DNA from: Flaccisagitta enflata
Taxonomy: Eukaryota
NCBI GenBank assembly: GCA_965153355.1
Contig: OZ231126.1
Span: forward strand, 6,510,001-6,574,000
Direction: 5' to 3'
DNA: 64,000 nucleotides
The position numbers and the translations under genes are program-made. This document shows positions 44,056-56,620 of this stretch, one piece after another. Position 1 is the stretch's first letter. Every line of letters starts with the position of its first letter. The notes beneath the pieces were generated by a model. That model saw only the letters and a list, made by a program, of their open reading frames with translations, was not told the DNA's origin and did no database searches.

Positions 44056-44250
44056 AGTCGCGTGCTACGCGACTCTACACCCTGCTATGTTGGTCCATTG
44101 GTCGGTTGGTCAGTCTGTTGATCGGTCGGCACTTTTTTTGCGTTTTTGTGCTTTTTGAGCCCAATGCTTCTGCTCAATTCTCTAGTGAGCTCCTCCAGCA
44201 CTGCTTCTGCCCACCTGCAAGCGACCGGGGTAACCGCGTATCCAGCCTTG
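44056..44250 (+). mobile_element. HINE-like copy (further degenerate copies at ~43633-43760 and ~43963-44035)
   Basis: TTTTTAGTCGCGTGCTACGCGACTCTACACCC...GCGTATCCAGCCTTG. Confidence 0.75.
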
Positions 44251-46401
44251 CGTCCACGCACTTTTTTTTTAATGAATGTCATTTTTTAAAAAAAATTCTT
44301 GAAAAAAAAATGAAATTGAAAAGAGATAGAGATAGCTACTACGAAAATTAGCATTTTGAAGCCTTGATGTTCTTATAAAAAAGAGTGAACAAGAGGTCGT
44401 GTCCATTGGTTGGTCAGTCGGTCATGCAAGTGAAATGCGCAAAATGGCCGATTCGTGATTCATTCCTTTATTCATTTATTCACATTGTTCATTCACAAAT
44501 TCTTAATCAGTGAGGAGCATTCATTGGCATTTCTGAAAAAACATTGATAATCGGCGAAATTTCTTATGTGGAATTGAATTATTCTACAGCATTTTTTGGC
44601 CTAATCGGAGAAGCCGCTGCTGTTGTCATTCATTGACCAAACCGTACTATCCGCATCATGGATTTGATACCTATATATCTCTCTCACAAGCTTCACGTGT
44701 GAAATGCAGAGTTCAATACATGCGGAAGCCTTGTTTACTGATGGGGCTTTTTGTCAACAATATCGAGTTTTTCGCATGGGCTCATGCTAGTGGTGATGAG
44801 AAGAAGTTGACTCAGAAAACTGCTCTCTGAAGAAAGAGCTATCATGAAAAACAATGTACAGTATTTTGACTTGAGGACTGGAAATTGAGCTGATGGTCAG
44901 ATTTAAGAGAAAAATCAATTTTTTTATCGTCGTCGATCAAAAAGTTGGAAACAGTTGGATCCAAAAAAATGATAAATGGACTGAGGGGAGTCGAAAGAAA
45001 AAGCAATATAGATCTCAAAGCGTCGACCCTCGTCGGACGGTAACTACATAACGTCAAACATGAAATTTGTAAAGTACCAAAAGACATGGGAGAAACGATT
45101 TCTCGATTATACGGCAAGAATGAGCATCAAATACCGTCTCTGGAAAGGTACATGTTTGTACGTTTTGGTATCCACAGCCCTTATAACTAGACACGCTTTG
45201 TTTGGCAATTTTTTTGATGAAATTATGGGAGAGATGTAGGAACTAATTTTTGGCAAATTACGCTTACCAGCTATTGTAAAGAGTGTTTCCCGATGTTTTG
45301 GGCGCATTTTTGAAATTTCAGTTTTACCCTACGACTGATTCCACGAAATTGGCTCATGTTTTCAAAGTGTTGTGGTGATTTTTCAAGAAGTATTTGTCTT
45401 ACCACACTAGAAATAGAATTGCTTTTATTAGATGAACAGAATAAGTACTCTACTTCATAGCATTGTTTTCAACCAAATTACCTCCATAGGATTAAAACCG
45501 ACCAACGAAGAATGCAACCTATTTCAAGCTTTTTACAAAACAACTTTCGTTTGATGAAAATATTAGAAAAAAAATTCTAAACCAGTTTGAAAAATAACTT
45601 TGAAATGATGAAATGAACAGTTCATTTTTTTTGCTATTGCTACTAGGAGTATCATACTTGTTTGCTTCTCATGTTTAAACTAAAACAAGTGACGCGGGGT
45701 CACAGTATCGTCGCGGACAGGTGGGTAGGGGCATCCGACTCCTATCCACGCCCCAAACCCAACTCCATACACAAACGTGCAAAGAAAGAATCCAAAACGC
45801 TCATTTTTCCACTTCTACTCTCAATCACCACGGACCGACACACGTAGATCGGAGAGTGTACCATAACAGGTCAAAAATATAAGCCAGTGCCTAGAGATGA
45901 CAGCTTTGGCATAAAAATGTTCTTAAGTATGTGTAGATCACACCTATATGGGGTTTTGCCTGCGTCATGATTCATCTAGGGACATTTTTTTGCTCTTGAA
46001 CTCAGTAGGTTCAACATTTTGGAGGCTCTGAATGGACAAGATTTTTTTCATCTGAGATTGGAATTTTGCGAGTTTTTTTTTAATAGGTCCTACAAATTTA
46101 GGAGCAGGCTTACCAAATTTTACACATGGCGTATTCAATCAATCCTGAACCTTTGCTAAAGATTTGGCATCCTCCCTCTTATCATAAGTACCATTTTTCA
46201 TTTCTAGAATAGTACCATATGAAATGGAAAAAACATTTTTTGCCGCATTTTAATTTCAGAGAAGTAGTTAACTTCAAGGGGCAAAAAGAGGCTTTGGATT
46301 AGCTATGACGCAGGTAAAACCATATGTTTTCTTGCTCAGGGTAAGCAACTGTACTAGTTTCAGCCGTTTGTTTAAGTCAAAAGTGCCAGCATAATTTTTT
46401 T

Positions 46402-46562
46402 AGTTGCGGACACGCAACTCTATAAGAGGCTTTGTCCGTCCGTCCGTTGGTCGGTTGGTCGGTTGGTTGGTTGGTCCGTCACGCTCAAGTTGAAAAGTGG
46501 GAAAACGTGCAATTCCGCCCCTGCCCACCCGTCCGCAACTGATGGCCGTGTATCCGGCCTTG
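46402..46562 (+). mobile_element. Complete short HINE-like copy (AGTTGCGGAC subfamily)
   Basis: AGTTGCG-GACA-CGCAACT hairpin, (GTCC/GTTG)n, subterminal GTCCGCAACT, GGCCGTGTATCCGGCC hairpin, TTG|TTT. Confidence 0.85.
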
Positions 46563-47771
46563 TTTGTCTAGAGGTGACGCCTTCTGGGAACAAAGTGCGA
46601 CAGACGCGCCAATGACTATTGAGTGGTGCGCCCGCAACTAAAAACGCTGTAAGTTTTTAAGAAATTCAATGTGTAAATGTGTGGAGAATGGAAGAATCCG
46701 CTATCGCACACGGCTGATAAAAAAAAGAACTACTGTTGAGCTTCACAAGAGCGCATTTTAAGGGACTGGGCAAAACTATGCCATATAGTCAAGCTGCAAA
46801 CTTGCCAAAATTGAAATATCTACACAATCTTTAATGGGACAATAGGTTTTTAGCCTCATAGGCTGGCATACCTTATTGGGGGGTGTGCTCTAGCGGTGTT
46901 TTTTGTGTGCATTAGTTCCCTATATTGTGGGCTTCTTCTTTTTCTCATTGTTAGTTTACACCGCTTTTAGATTGGACTGTCGCGAAAAGAATCTATGTTA
47001 CTCAAAAACTACTTAAGATAATCACTTGATTCTTTTTTTCTGTGGTGGATAATTTGATTAAGATTTGTTACAAAAACAGAAATAAAGCCCCAATGTTAAT
47101 TCAATTTCAATTCAATTTGCTTCTATTTTTGTCAACATTAAATGCGACAATCCAAACATCAATCACACAACTGAGTACTAAGTCTACTACATGAGTAATG
47201 TAATTTCAGCAATAAATTTTTTTGGGGGGGGAGAAAAATGAGGTTAAAATAGCATCAGTGCTTCTTTTTTTCAACGAGACTGGTCCTGCGGTGTTGGATA
47301 TGAGGAAATAACGAAAGTCTGATGAAAATCCTAAAATTTGAGAAATTTTAAAGAAAATTGTCTAGAAATTACTTACAATCAAAATTAGTGGAACATCATT
47401 TGCTTTTATTGTAATTGTAAAATTCTCTCAAATTCAAGACTAGCTCCAACATTTTTGCGCAACTGGTTTAGACATGACAACTATGAGAAGTGACATAAAC
47501 AAAAACTCATGATGGAAAAAATCTTTCAATAAAAAACATCCACTGTCCATTTGTTCTGAGCAAGAGGCTTTAATTTTTGGGTCAGTGGAACATTCTTGGA
47601 TTGTAGCAAAACTTAATCAAATTATTTAGCTTGTGAAAAAAGAAGTAACTAATAAGTATGAATAGTTATAGAGTAATATAGGTTCTTTTGGCGACATTTT
47701 GATCTAAAAATGGTGTAGATTGGACTGCCTGGTGATGTGATTAGTGTATATTCAATTGGCCATTATTATAA

Positions 47772-47874
<103 letters not shown>

Positions 47875-47927
47875 TCCGCTTCCGCTTTCTGCTTAGTACC
47901 CAAAGGTCATGAGAAGGGAGAGAAGAG

Positions 47928-47987
<60 letters not shown>

Positions 47988-48317
47988 GTTCCTTCTGTCA
48001 CCCGTCATTTTCTTGAACCTGAAGAGAGGACCAGCCAAGCGGTATCATCAGATTCCCACCCATAACTGTCATCAGATTCCGCCCATATCTGTCATCATCA
48101 GATTTCCAAACGTATCTGTCATCATCAGATTTCAACCCATTACTGCCATTATAACATTTCAACCCATATCTATTATCATCAGATTCCGTATCTGTCATCA
48201 TCATATTCCCATCGGTACCTGTCATCATCATTTTTCACCCATATCTGTCATTGCTGCATTCTCTTACATCATTCAGTTCAGTCAGTTTTTTGATCTTCCT
48301 GTTTAAGATAGCCTTTT

Positions 48318-49036
48318 TAGGTGCGCCATAGCACCTCTATGAGAGGCTCTGTCTGTTGGTCGGTCAGTTGCTCGGTCGGTTGGTCGGTAATGCTCGAGTT
48401 GAAAATCTCGAAAAGAAGCAAAAATAATTGGAAATATGCTAGGATGATTTTTAGATGCACCATAGCATCTGTAGAGGAAGCTCTGTCCATCCGTCGGTCC
48501 ATCCGTCAGTCGCGCTTGAATGAAAATTCGCTAAAAATGTTTGAAATCAATGGAAAACTCATTTTGTTCATCATAAATGATACTCGTCATTTCATTCATT
48601 AATATAATCAGCTACGGTTAGGTCTTATAGAGCTGGGGATAGGTCGGATAGGTCTGGTGATAGGTCGGATAGGTTTAAGGATAGGTCTGAAAGAGCTGGA
48701 GATAGCTCTGATAGAGCTGGTGGTAGGTCAGATAGAGCTCGGGATAGGTCTGATAGAGCTCGGGAAAGGTCTGATAGAGCTCGGGAGAGGCCTGATAGAG
48801 CTCGGGATAGGTCTTATAGAGCTAGGAATGGTCTGATAGAGCAAGGGATAGGTCTGATAGAGCTAGGGATAGGTCTGATGGAGCTAGGGATAGCTATGGA
48901 TTAGTAACGCCTGGCGGGATAGGTCTAATAGAGCTAGGAATGGTCTGATAGAGCTGGGGATAGGTCTGATGGAGCTACGGATAGCTATGAATTAATAACG
49001 TTCGGCGCACCGTCTTGGCCCGTGTATCCGGCCTTG
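48318..49036 (+). mobile_element. Composite HINE with an internal ~20-bp tandem array; inverted homologue at 61612-62161
   Basis: AGGTGCGCCATAGCACCT hairpin (duplicated internally), (GATAGGTCTGATAGAGCTCGG)n, GGCCCGTGTATCCGGCCTTG end; 61612-62161 is its reverse complement with fewer units. Confidence 0.85.
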
Positions 49037-49324
49037 TTTTTAAATCTTCCTTTCCACAATTCTTTTCAAGGTTATATGAAGTAATAACGAATAAGAAATT
49101 AAATAAAATGTGTGGGGGTGGGGAGGCGTGGGGGGGAGAGGTGAGGGGGGCGTGGGGAGGAGGCGTTGGGGGGAGTAAGGAGGGGGGTGAGGGTTTAATC
49201 AGTTTTATTTGTCTCTTAATATCTTTTTATCTTCATATCATTATATTTTAATGTCTTTATATCCTGATATTTTGTATATTTATATCTTACATCTAAAGAG
49301 GACGCATCTATTGGACATCTCTTG

Positions 49325-51720
49325 GCCTTTTTTTCCTGACCTCGCCTTCTCTCCTTACTGTGCCTTTTTTCCTGACCCTGCCTTTTTTCCTGACCTTACC
49401 ATCTCTCCTTACCTTGCTTTTTTCCTGACCCTGCCTTTTTTCCTGACCTTACCTTCTCTCCTTACAGTGCCTTGTTTCCTGACCCTGCCTTTTTTCCTGA
49501 CCTTACCTTCTCTCCTTACCTTGCCTTTTTTCCTAACCTTGCCTTCTCTCCTTACCTTGCCTTTTTTCCTGACCCTGCCTTTTTTCCTGACCTTACCTTC
49601 TCTCCTTACTGTGCCTTTTTTCCTGACCCTGCCTTTTTTCCTGACCTTACCATCTCTCCTTACCTTGCTTTTTTCCTGACCCTGCCTTTTTTCCTGACCT
49701 TACCTTCTCTCCTTACAGTGCCTTGTTTCCTGACCCTGCCTTTTTTAGTCGCGTGCACGCGACTCTACAACCTTGCCTTTTTTCCTCCGTCGGTCGGTCC
49801 GTCCGTCCGTCCGTCGGTCTGTCGGTCGGTAACACTTTGCTTTTTTTCGTCTTTTTGGGTCGTCTGGAGTTATTTTGACTCATTTTTTTGTTGTTTTTGG
49901 GAATTATTGGTTGCTTTTAGTCATTTTTGGTCATTTTTGATCATTTTTGGTCATTTTGGTCATTTTGGTCATTTTGGTGATTTTGGTCATTTTTGGTCAT
50001 TTTTGGTCATTTTTGGTCATTTTTTATTATTTTTGGTCATTTTGGTCATTTTTGGTCATTTTTGGTCATATTTGGTCATTTTGATAATTTTGGTCCTTTT
50101 TGTCATTTTGGTCATTTTTGATCATTATTGATCATTTTTGATCATTTTTTGTCATTTGAGGTTTTTTTTTGTCATTTTTGGTCATTTTGGTCATTTTTGG
50201 TCATTTTTGATCATTTTTGGTCATAATAGGTCATTTTTGGTCATTTTCGGTCATTTTGGTCATTTTGGTCATGTTGGTCATTTTTGGTCATTTTTTGTCA
50301 TTTTTGGTCATTTTTGGTCATTTTGGTTAAGTCTGCTGGTTTATATCTGCTGGGTAAAGTCTGATGGTTAAAGTCTGCTGGTTTAAATCTGCTGGTTTAA
50401 GTCTGCTGGTTTAAATCTAATGGGTTAAGTCTGCTGGTTAAAGTCTGCTGGTTTAAGTCTGCTGGTTTAAGTCTGCTGGTTTAAGTCTGCTGGTTTAAAT
50501 CTAATGGTTTAAGTCTGCTGGTCTAATGGTTTAAGTCTGCTGGTTTAAGTCTGCTGGTCAAAATGATATTAAAGATAAGTATGGTTTAAGTCTGGTTTTT
50601 TATTTTAAAATTTTTGAATTTTCAAAACTTGTTTTTTCATTTTCTGTCATTGTAACTTTGTCCGTTGTATTTTTCTCTTTTATAATATGTTTTTCTTTTT
50701 CTCCTACTATCTCTAGTTTTTTAGATATACCGTTTTCACCTAATTTGCATATTTGGGTGGTACCCAATATTTGCCCAAAATTTGTTTTAGAACATTGCAT
50801 ATTGTTCGTCTGTTCGTCCTGAGTCCGATTAGGTGCTTGATTTTGGTCTCCTGTTGTCCGTTCAGGAGATATTCCATTTTTACTAGGCTCATTTTTACCC
50901 CCAACTTTCTGCGCTTCGCGTGTACCCGATAATCCATAGTGCAAAACCATCGGGGCCTTTTGTTCGGTTGAAATTTCGGCGCAAGTAAGGTTTCTCATCT
51001 GGTTTGAGTCTGGATTGAGTCTGGTTTGAGTCTGGTTTGAGTCTGGTTTGTGTATGGCTTAAATCTGGTTTATGTCTGGTTTATGTCTGGTTTATGTCTG
51101 ATTTAGGTCTGGTTTCGGTCTGGTTTAATTCTGGTTTGAATCTGGTTTGAATCTGGTTTGAGACTGGTTTGAGTCTGGTTTGAGTCTGGTTTGGGTCTGT
51201 TTTGGGTTGCGTTTAAGTCTGATTTTCGATGAAAAGATACAATAAGGAGTCAGGTCAGTTCAGTTATTTTTTTCCTGCACGCGACTTATAGGTGTTGGCC
51301 TTGTTCCTGACCTTACCTTCTCTCCTTACCTTGCCTTTTTTCCTAACCTTGCCTTCTCTCCTTACCTTGCCTTTTTTCCTGACCCTGCCTTTTTGTATGA
51401 ACTTGCCTTCTCTCCTTACCTTGCCTTTTTTCCTGACTCTGCCTTTTTTCCTGACCCTGCCTTTTTTCTGACCTTGCCTTCTCTCATTACCTTGCCTTTT
51501 TTCCTGACCCTGCCCTTTTTTCCTGACCTTGCCTTCTCTCCTTACCTTCCCTTTTTTCCTGACCCTGCCTTGTTTCCTGACCCTGCCTTTTTTCTGACCT
51601 TGCCTTCTCTCCTTACCTTGCCTTTTTTCCTGACCCTGCCTTTTTTTCCTGACCTTGCCTTCTCTCCTTACCTTGCCTTTTTTCCCGACCCAGCCTTTTT
51701 TCTTGACCTTGCCTTTTTTT
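49325..51720. repeat. Pyrimidine-rich (CCTGACCTTGCCTTCTCTCCTTAC/CCTGACCCTGCCTTTTTT)n minisatellite split by a 1.56-kb HINE (49747-51303)
   Basis: Same units at 49325-49745 and 51304-51720; the insert starts AGTCGCGTGCACGCGACT and ends GCACGCGACTTATAGGTGTTGGCCTTG. Confidence 0.85.
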
Positions 51721-51793
51721 CCCACTTTCAACGCGACTCCTTTTAATTTCCGGTCTAAGAAAAGGCAAATAAAAAATGGTCAGACCAAAACAC

Positions 51794-52065
<272 letters not shown>

Positions 52066-53169
52066 CGGAGATAAGAGTTTCTTTTTTTCCATGTTCAGCT
52101 TTCATAAATTCAGCTGCCTCATTCATAAGCATCGAAATAAATGCCTGATGCACGTTTCGCTCAAAAAGATCATTGATGTGAGATAATGATTCAAAACATA
52201 CCCAGCCGGTGATGATTCCAAACAGCGTGTTATTTCCACCAAAATACCGATATCTGAGACTTTTTTTGAGAGAAATGAGACCATTAGCGCGGACTCTCCA
52301 TGTCAGTTAAAAAAACAAAAGTGAAAGCCATCAGGAAATTTTTTTTTGTTTCTCCAACTTGGAATTCAAAGATTATTGTTACGCAAAAATTTCTGAACTG
52401 TTCAGGGTAGCATTAACATTTAAGCTCTTGCAGCGGTCTCATCATAGATTGAGGTTTGACCTAGCAAATAGAATGAACTTTTTAAAATTTTCTATCAGAT
52501 CACAGATAGCGCGCAAGCAATTCTTGAAGATGCTATCTTTGTTGGTGTGTGTGTCTATCTGTTTTTCTGTCAGTCCTTAAAATTTCTTAATTTGTGCTAT
52601 TTAGGTATACATAAGCGGTTTTTAGCTATGCCCATTGCTGAAAAGAAATACTTCTGCATTGTTGCCTTGATCCTCCTGCCTAAGACAAAGCTGAAATGAC
52701 ATCATGTTTATCTAAATTACCGGTCATCTTTATTCGGTATTAGAGCTCTGAGCAGCTGAAATGACATCATGTTTATCTAATTTACTGGTCATCTTTATTC
52801 AGTATTAGAGCTCTGTGGAGCGCACATATTAAATCAGCTGACATCAGCGAAATCTATCGATAAAAGTCAAAACTACCAAAAACAGTGAAAAAAAAGGAAG
52901 AAAATTTGCGGGGGGGGGGGGGGGGAAATTGGTCAAAATTTACTTAAAACAAAGGCTCAGACGGCGGCTAAAATAAACAGTCAGCTGACAAACTGATCTT
53001 CTTGTATTTTTCAATTTTTCAATTACAAGCCTGTTGGTTATTCCCAAAAAAGAAAAAAAAGATAATATCAAATACTCTCAGTTCGATCCATGACTTCATG
53101 GTCGCCTTCCAAATCTTTAAATGACCTGTTTGCAGTGAAAAAGTAAGCTTGTATACAGTCTACCATATA

Positions 53170-53328
53170 CAGTTGAGCTTCACTAGAACGCATTTCAAGG
53201 GACTGAGAAAAATAATGTCTTATAGTGAAGCTTTATGGAAATAACTACAAAATCTTTCAGGGGTCAGGTTTCATGCCTTAAATGAGGGCATGCCTTATAA
53301 GCGGGTGCGATCTAGTGGTGCCCTACTG
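53170..53328. mobile_element. Small TA-flanked MITE (pogo/Tigger-like CAGT termini)
   Basis: TA|CAGTTGAGCTTCACTAGAACGCA ... TGCGATCTAGTGGTGCCCTACTG|TA. Confidence 0.65.
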
Positions 53329-53426
53329 TATGTTTCTAAATGAAAATACAGCTAGAACCCACTCTAACAGACTTCATGGGACCAATATTTTTTTTCTGTG
53401 TAAGGCAAAGATCTGTTAATGCAGAC

Positions 53427-54142
53427 AAACTACTAGCCCAAAAGCCTTCAGATTTTCAGTGAATGTTGGCAACAACTGACCATTTTGTCATGTCCAAACT
53501 CAGATTTTAATACTGAATAGTTTGGCGTCAGTAAAACAAACAAAATATGCCTAATTTTCGAGGCTGAATCTTTTTTTTTCTTGCTTTATTTGAGAAGACT
53601 TGTCTTTATCAATATACAGATGTCAAAAAAATTGAGCTAACACTCCGGGGTTAGCCTCAAATGATAGGAAATTTTTCAGAGATTACACATTTACGTAAAA
53701 AATTAGAAATAGTTGGATATGAATTGAGGTTATCATTGGTTTTTGGCAATCTTTGCTAAAATCCAGACTGTCAATCATTAGAAAATCATTCAAATCTTCA
53801 TAAATACAATAGAATAATGAAATTTTCAAGCAGAATTTATATTCATGATTTGTAACTATTCATTTAAGACCAACCCCAGGGTTCAAGCTTGCTTAATCAG
53901 GAAAAAAGCAATAAAAAAAAAAAATTCTTCTAAGTATAGCTGGGACAAATTGATTTTTTCCATAAAATTGATAGCATTTCAATGCTTTAATGACCCCCAG
54001 CCTATTCAGTTACAAAATCTGAGTTTTGGCATGACAAAATGGTCAGTTGTTACCAACATTCACTCAAAATTTGAAGGCTTTTGGGCTAGTAGTTTTGGAG
54101 CTACAAAGGTTTACTATTTGCCATTTTGATTTAAAGACGGTG
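53427..54142. mobile_element. Left-truncated copy of the 38535 MITE
   Basis: Colinear high similarity; intact right TIR ...TTTAAAGACGGTG|TA. Confidence 0.85.
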
Positions 54143-54419
54143 TACATTGGTTAGAATCGGAATTTCATTGCTGGCAGATTCGTAAAAGCGGGGTTCAAAT
54201 GTGATTCAAAAGCGCTCAGCGCTGAGAAATTAAACAGAAACAAACCAAGTCAATCAGCTGCGGCAATTGCATTGCTAGCTTTGCAACAGATGGACAGACC
54301 AAATGTATTGAGTCAGACGCAAATCAACAAGAACAAGTGACGCGGGGTCACAATATTGTTGCGGACGGGTGGGCAGGGGCGTGTAACCCTCATCCACACC
54401 TTCACCCACCCTACACACA

Positions 54420-56620
54420 GTCGCATTAAGCTTGACCTCGATTCTATCCTCTAAGGGTATGGTTTCTTAACAATGTTACCCTCGGGTGATTTGTTGAATT
54501 TTGGTTAAAGAAGTAACAATCATTGCCCTGACTACTTTTGGTAAGCAGTTTGCTTTTGGGTTAGATTGAGAAGGAATGGTTTTCAGATTCTGTTTTATGG
54601 AAAACTAGGAGTGGTGCGCGTATTAAGTAGTCAGTGAGGGTTCACAAGGCCCTCTTCCGTTTATTTCAGTTTGGGTATAGTGAGGGATATTGTTCCACTT
54701 TTCATACTACTCAGTACCTTGGATTGGAATGTCCGGCGGTCGCATTAAGCTTGACCTCGATTCTATCCTCTAAGGGTATGGTTTCTTAACAATGTTACCC
54801 TCGGGTGATTTGTTGAATTTTGGTTAAAGAAGTAACAATCATTGCCCTGACTACTTTTGGTAAGCAGTTTGCTTTTGGGTTAGATTGAGAAGGAATGGTT
54901 TTCAGATTCTGTTTTATGGAAAACTAGGAGTGGTGCGCGTATTAACTAGTCAGTGAGGGTTCACAAGGCCCTCTTCCGTTTATTTCAGTTTGGGTATAGT
55001 GAGGGATATTGTTCCACTTTTCATACTACTCAGTACCTTGGATTGGAATGTCCGGCGGTCGCATTAAGCTTGACCTCGATTCTATCCTCTAAGGGTATGG
55101 TTTCTTAACAATGTTACCCTCGGGTGATTTGTTGAATTTTGGTTAAAAAGTAACAATCATTGCCCTGACTACTTTTGGTAAGCAGTTTGCTTTTGGGTTA
55201 GATTGAGAAGGAATGTTTTTCAGATTCTGTTTTATGGAAAACTAGGAGTGGTGCGCGTATTAACTAGTCAGTGAGGGTTCACAAGGCCCTCTTCCGTTTA
55301 TTTCAGTTTGGGTATAGTGAGGGATATTGTTCCACTTTTCATACTACTCAGTGCCTTGGATTGGAATGTCCGGCGGTCGCATTAAGCTTGACCTCGATTC
55401 TATCCTCTAAGGGTATGGTTTCTTAACAATGTTACCCTCGGGTGATTTGTTGAATTTTGGTTAAAGAAGTAACAATCATTGCCCTAACTACTTTTGGTAA
55501 GCAGTTTGCTTTTGGGTTAGATTGAGAAGGAATGGTTTTCAGATTCTGTTTTATGGAAAATTAGGAGTGGTGCGCGTATTAACTAGTCAGTGAGGGTTCA
55601 CAAAGCCCTCTTCCGTTTATTTCAGTTTGGGTATAGTGAGGGATATTGTTCCACTTTTCATACTACTCAGTACCTTGGATTGGAATGTCCGGCGGTCGCA
55701 TTAAGCTTGACCTCGATTCTATCCTCTAAGGGTATGGTTTCTTAACAATGTTACCCTCGGATGATTTGTTGAATTTTGGTTAAAGAAGTAACAATCATTG
55801 CCCTGACTACTTTTGGTAAGCAGTTTGCTTTTGGGTTAGATTGAGAAGGAATGGTTTTCAGATTCTGTTTTATGGAAAACTAGGAGTGGTGCGCGTATTA
55901 ACTAGTCAGTGAGGGTTCACAAGGCCCTCTTCCGTTTATTTCAGTTTGGGTATAGTGAGGGATATTGTTCCACTTTTCATACTACTCAGTACCTTGGATT
56001 GGAATGTCCGGCGGTCGCATTAAGCTTGACCTCGATTCTATCCTCTAAGGGTATGGTTTCTTAACAATGTTACCCTCGGGTGATTTGTTGAATTTTGGTT
56101 AAAGAAGTAACAATCATTGCCCTGACTACTTTTGGTAAGCAGTTTGCTTTTGGGTTAGATTGAGAAGGAATGGTTTTCAGATTCTGTTTTATGGAAAACT
56201 AGGAGTGGTGCGCGTATTAACTAGTCAGTGAGGGTTCACAAGGCTCTCTTCCGTTTATTTCAGTTTGGGTATAGTGAGGGATATTGTTCCACTTTTCATA
56301 CTACTCAGTGCCTTGGATTGGAATGTCCGGCGGTCGCATTAAGCTTGACCTCGATTCTATCCTCTAAGGGTATGGTTTCTTAACAATGTTACCCTCGGAT
56401 GATTTGTTGAATTTTGGTTAAAGAAGTAACAATCATTGCCCCAACTACTTTTGGTAAGCAGTTTGCTTTTGGGTTAGATTGAGAAGGAATGGTTTTCAGA
56501 TTCTGTTTTATGGAAAACTAGGAGTGGTGCGCGTATTAACTAGTCAGTGAGGGTTCACAAGGCCCTCTTCCGTTTATTTCAGTTTGGGTATAGTGAGGGA
56601 TATTGTTCCACTTTTCATAC
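54420..56620 (+). repeat. 319-bp tandem array, 6.9 near-identical copies; candidate twister retrozyme
   Basis: GTCGCATTAAGCTTGACC starts at 54420, 54739, 55058, 55376, 55695, 56014, 56333; only scattered single-base differences. Confidence 0.97.
54916..54979 (+). ncRNA. Candidate type-P5 twister ribozyme (copy 2 of 7; others start at 54597, 55234, 55553, 55872, 56191, 56510)
   Basis: AUGGAA(P5)-AA-CUAG(P2')-GAGUG-GUGCGCGUAU(P1)-U|AA-CUAG(P2)-UC-AGU-GAGGG(P4)-U-UCACAAGG(L4)-CCCUC(P4')-UUCCGU(P5'); pseudoknots GU/AC and UC/GG can both pair. Manual folding only. Confidence 0.7.

Noticed and set aside
44620-45530. Possible decayed transposase or exon
   Set aside because: Short ORFs with no recognisable catalytic motifs; cannot be supported without a homology search
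54420-54738. Opposite-polarity hammerhead or coding capacity in the 319-bp unit
   Set aside because: No CUGANGA on either strand (closest CUGAGUA); 319 is not a multiple of 3 and the ORF track shows no ORF within the units
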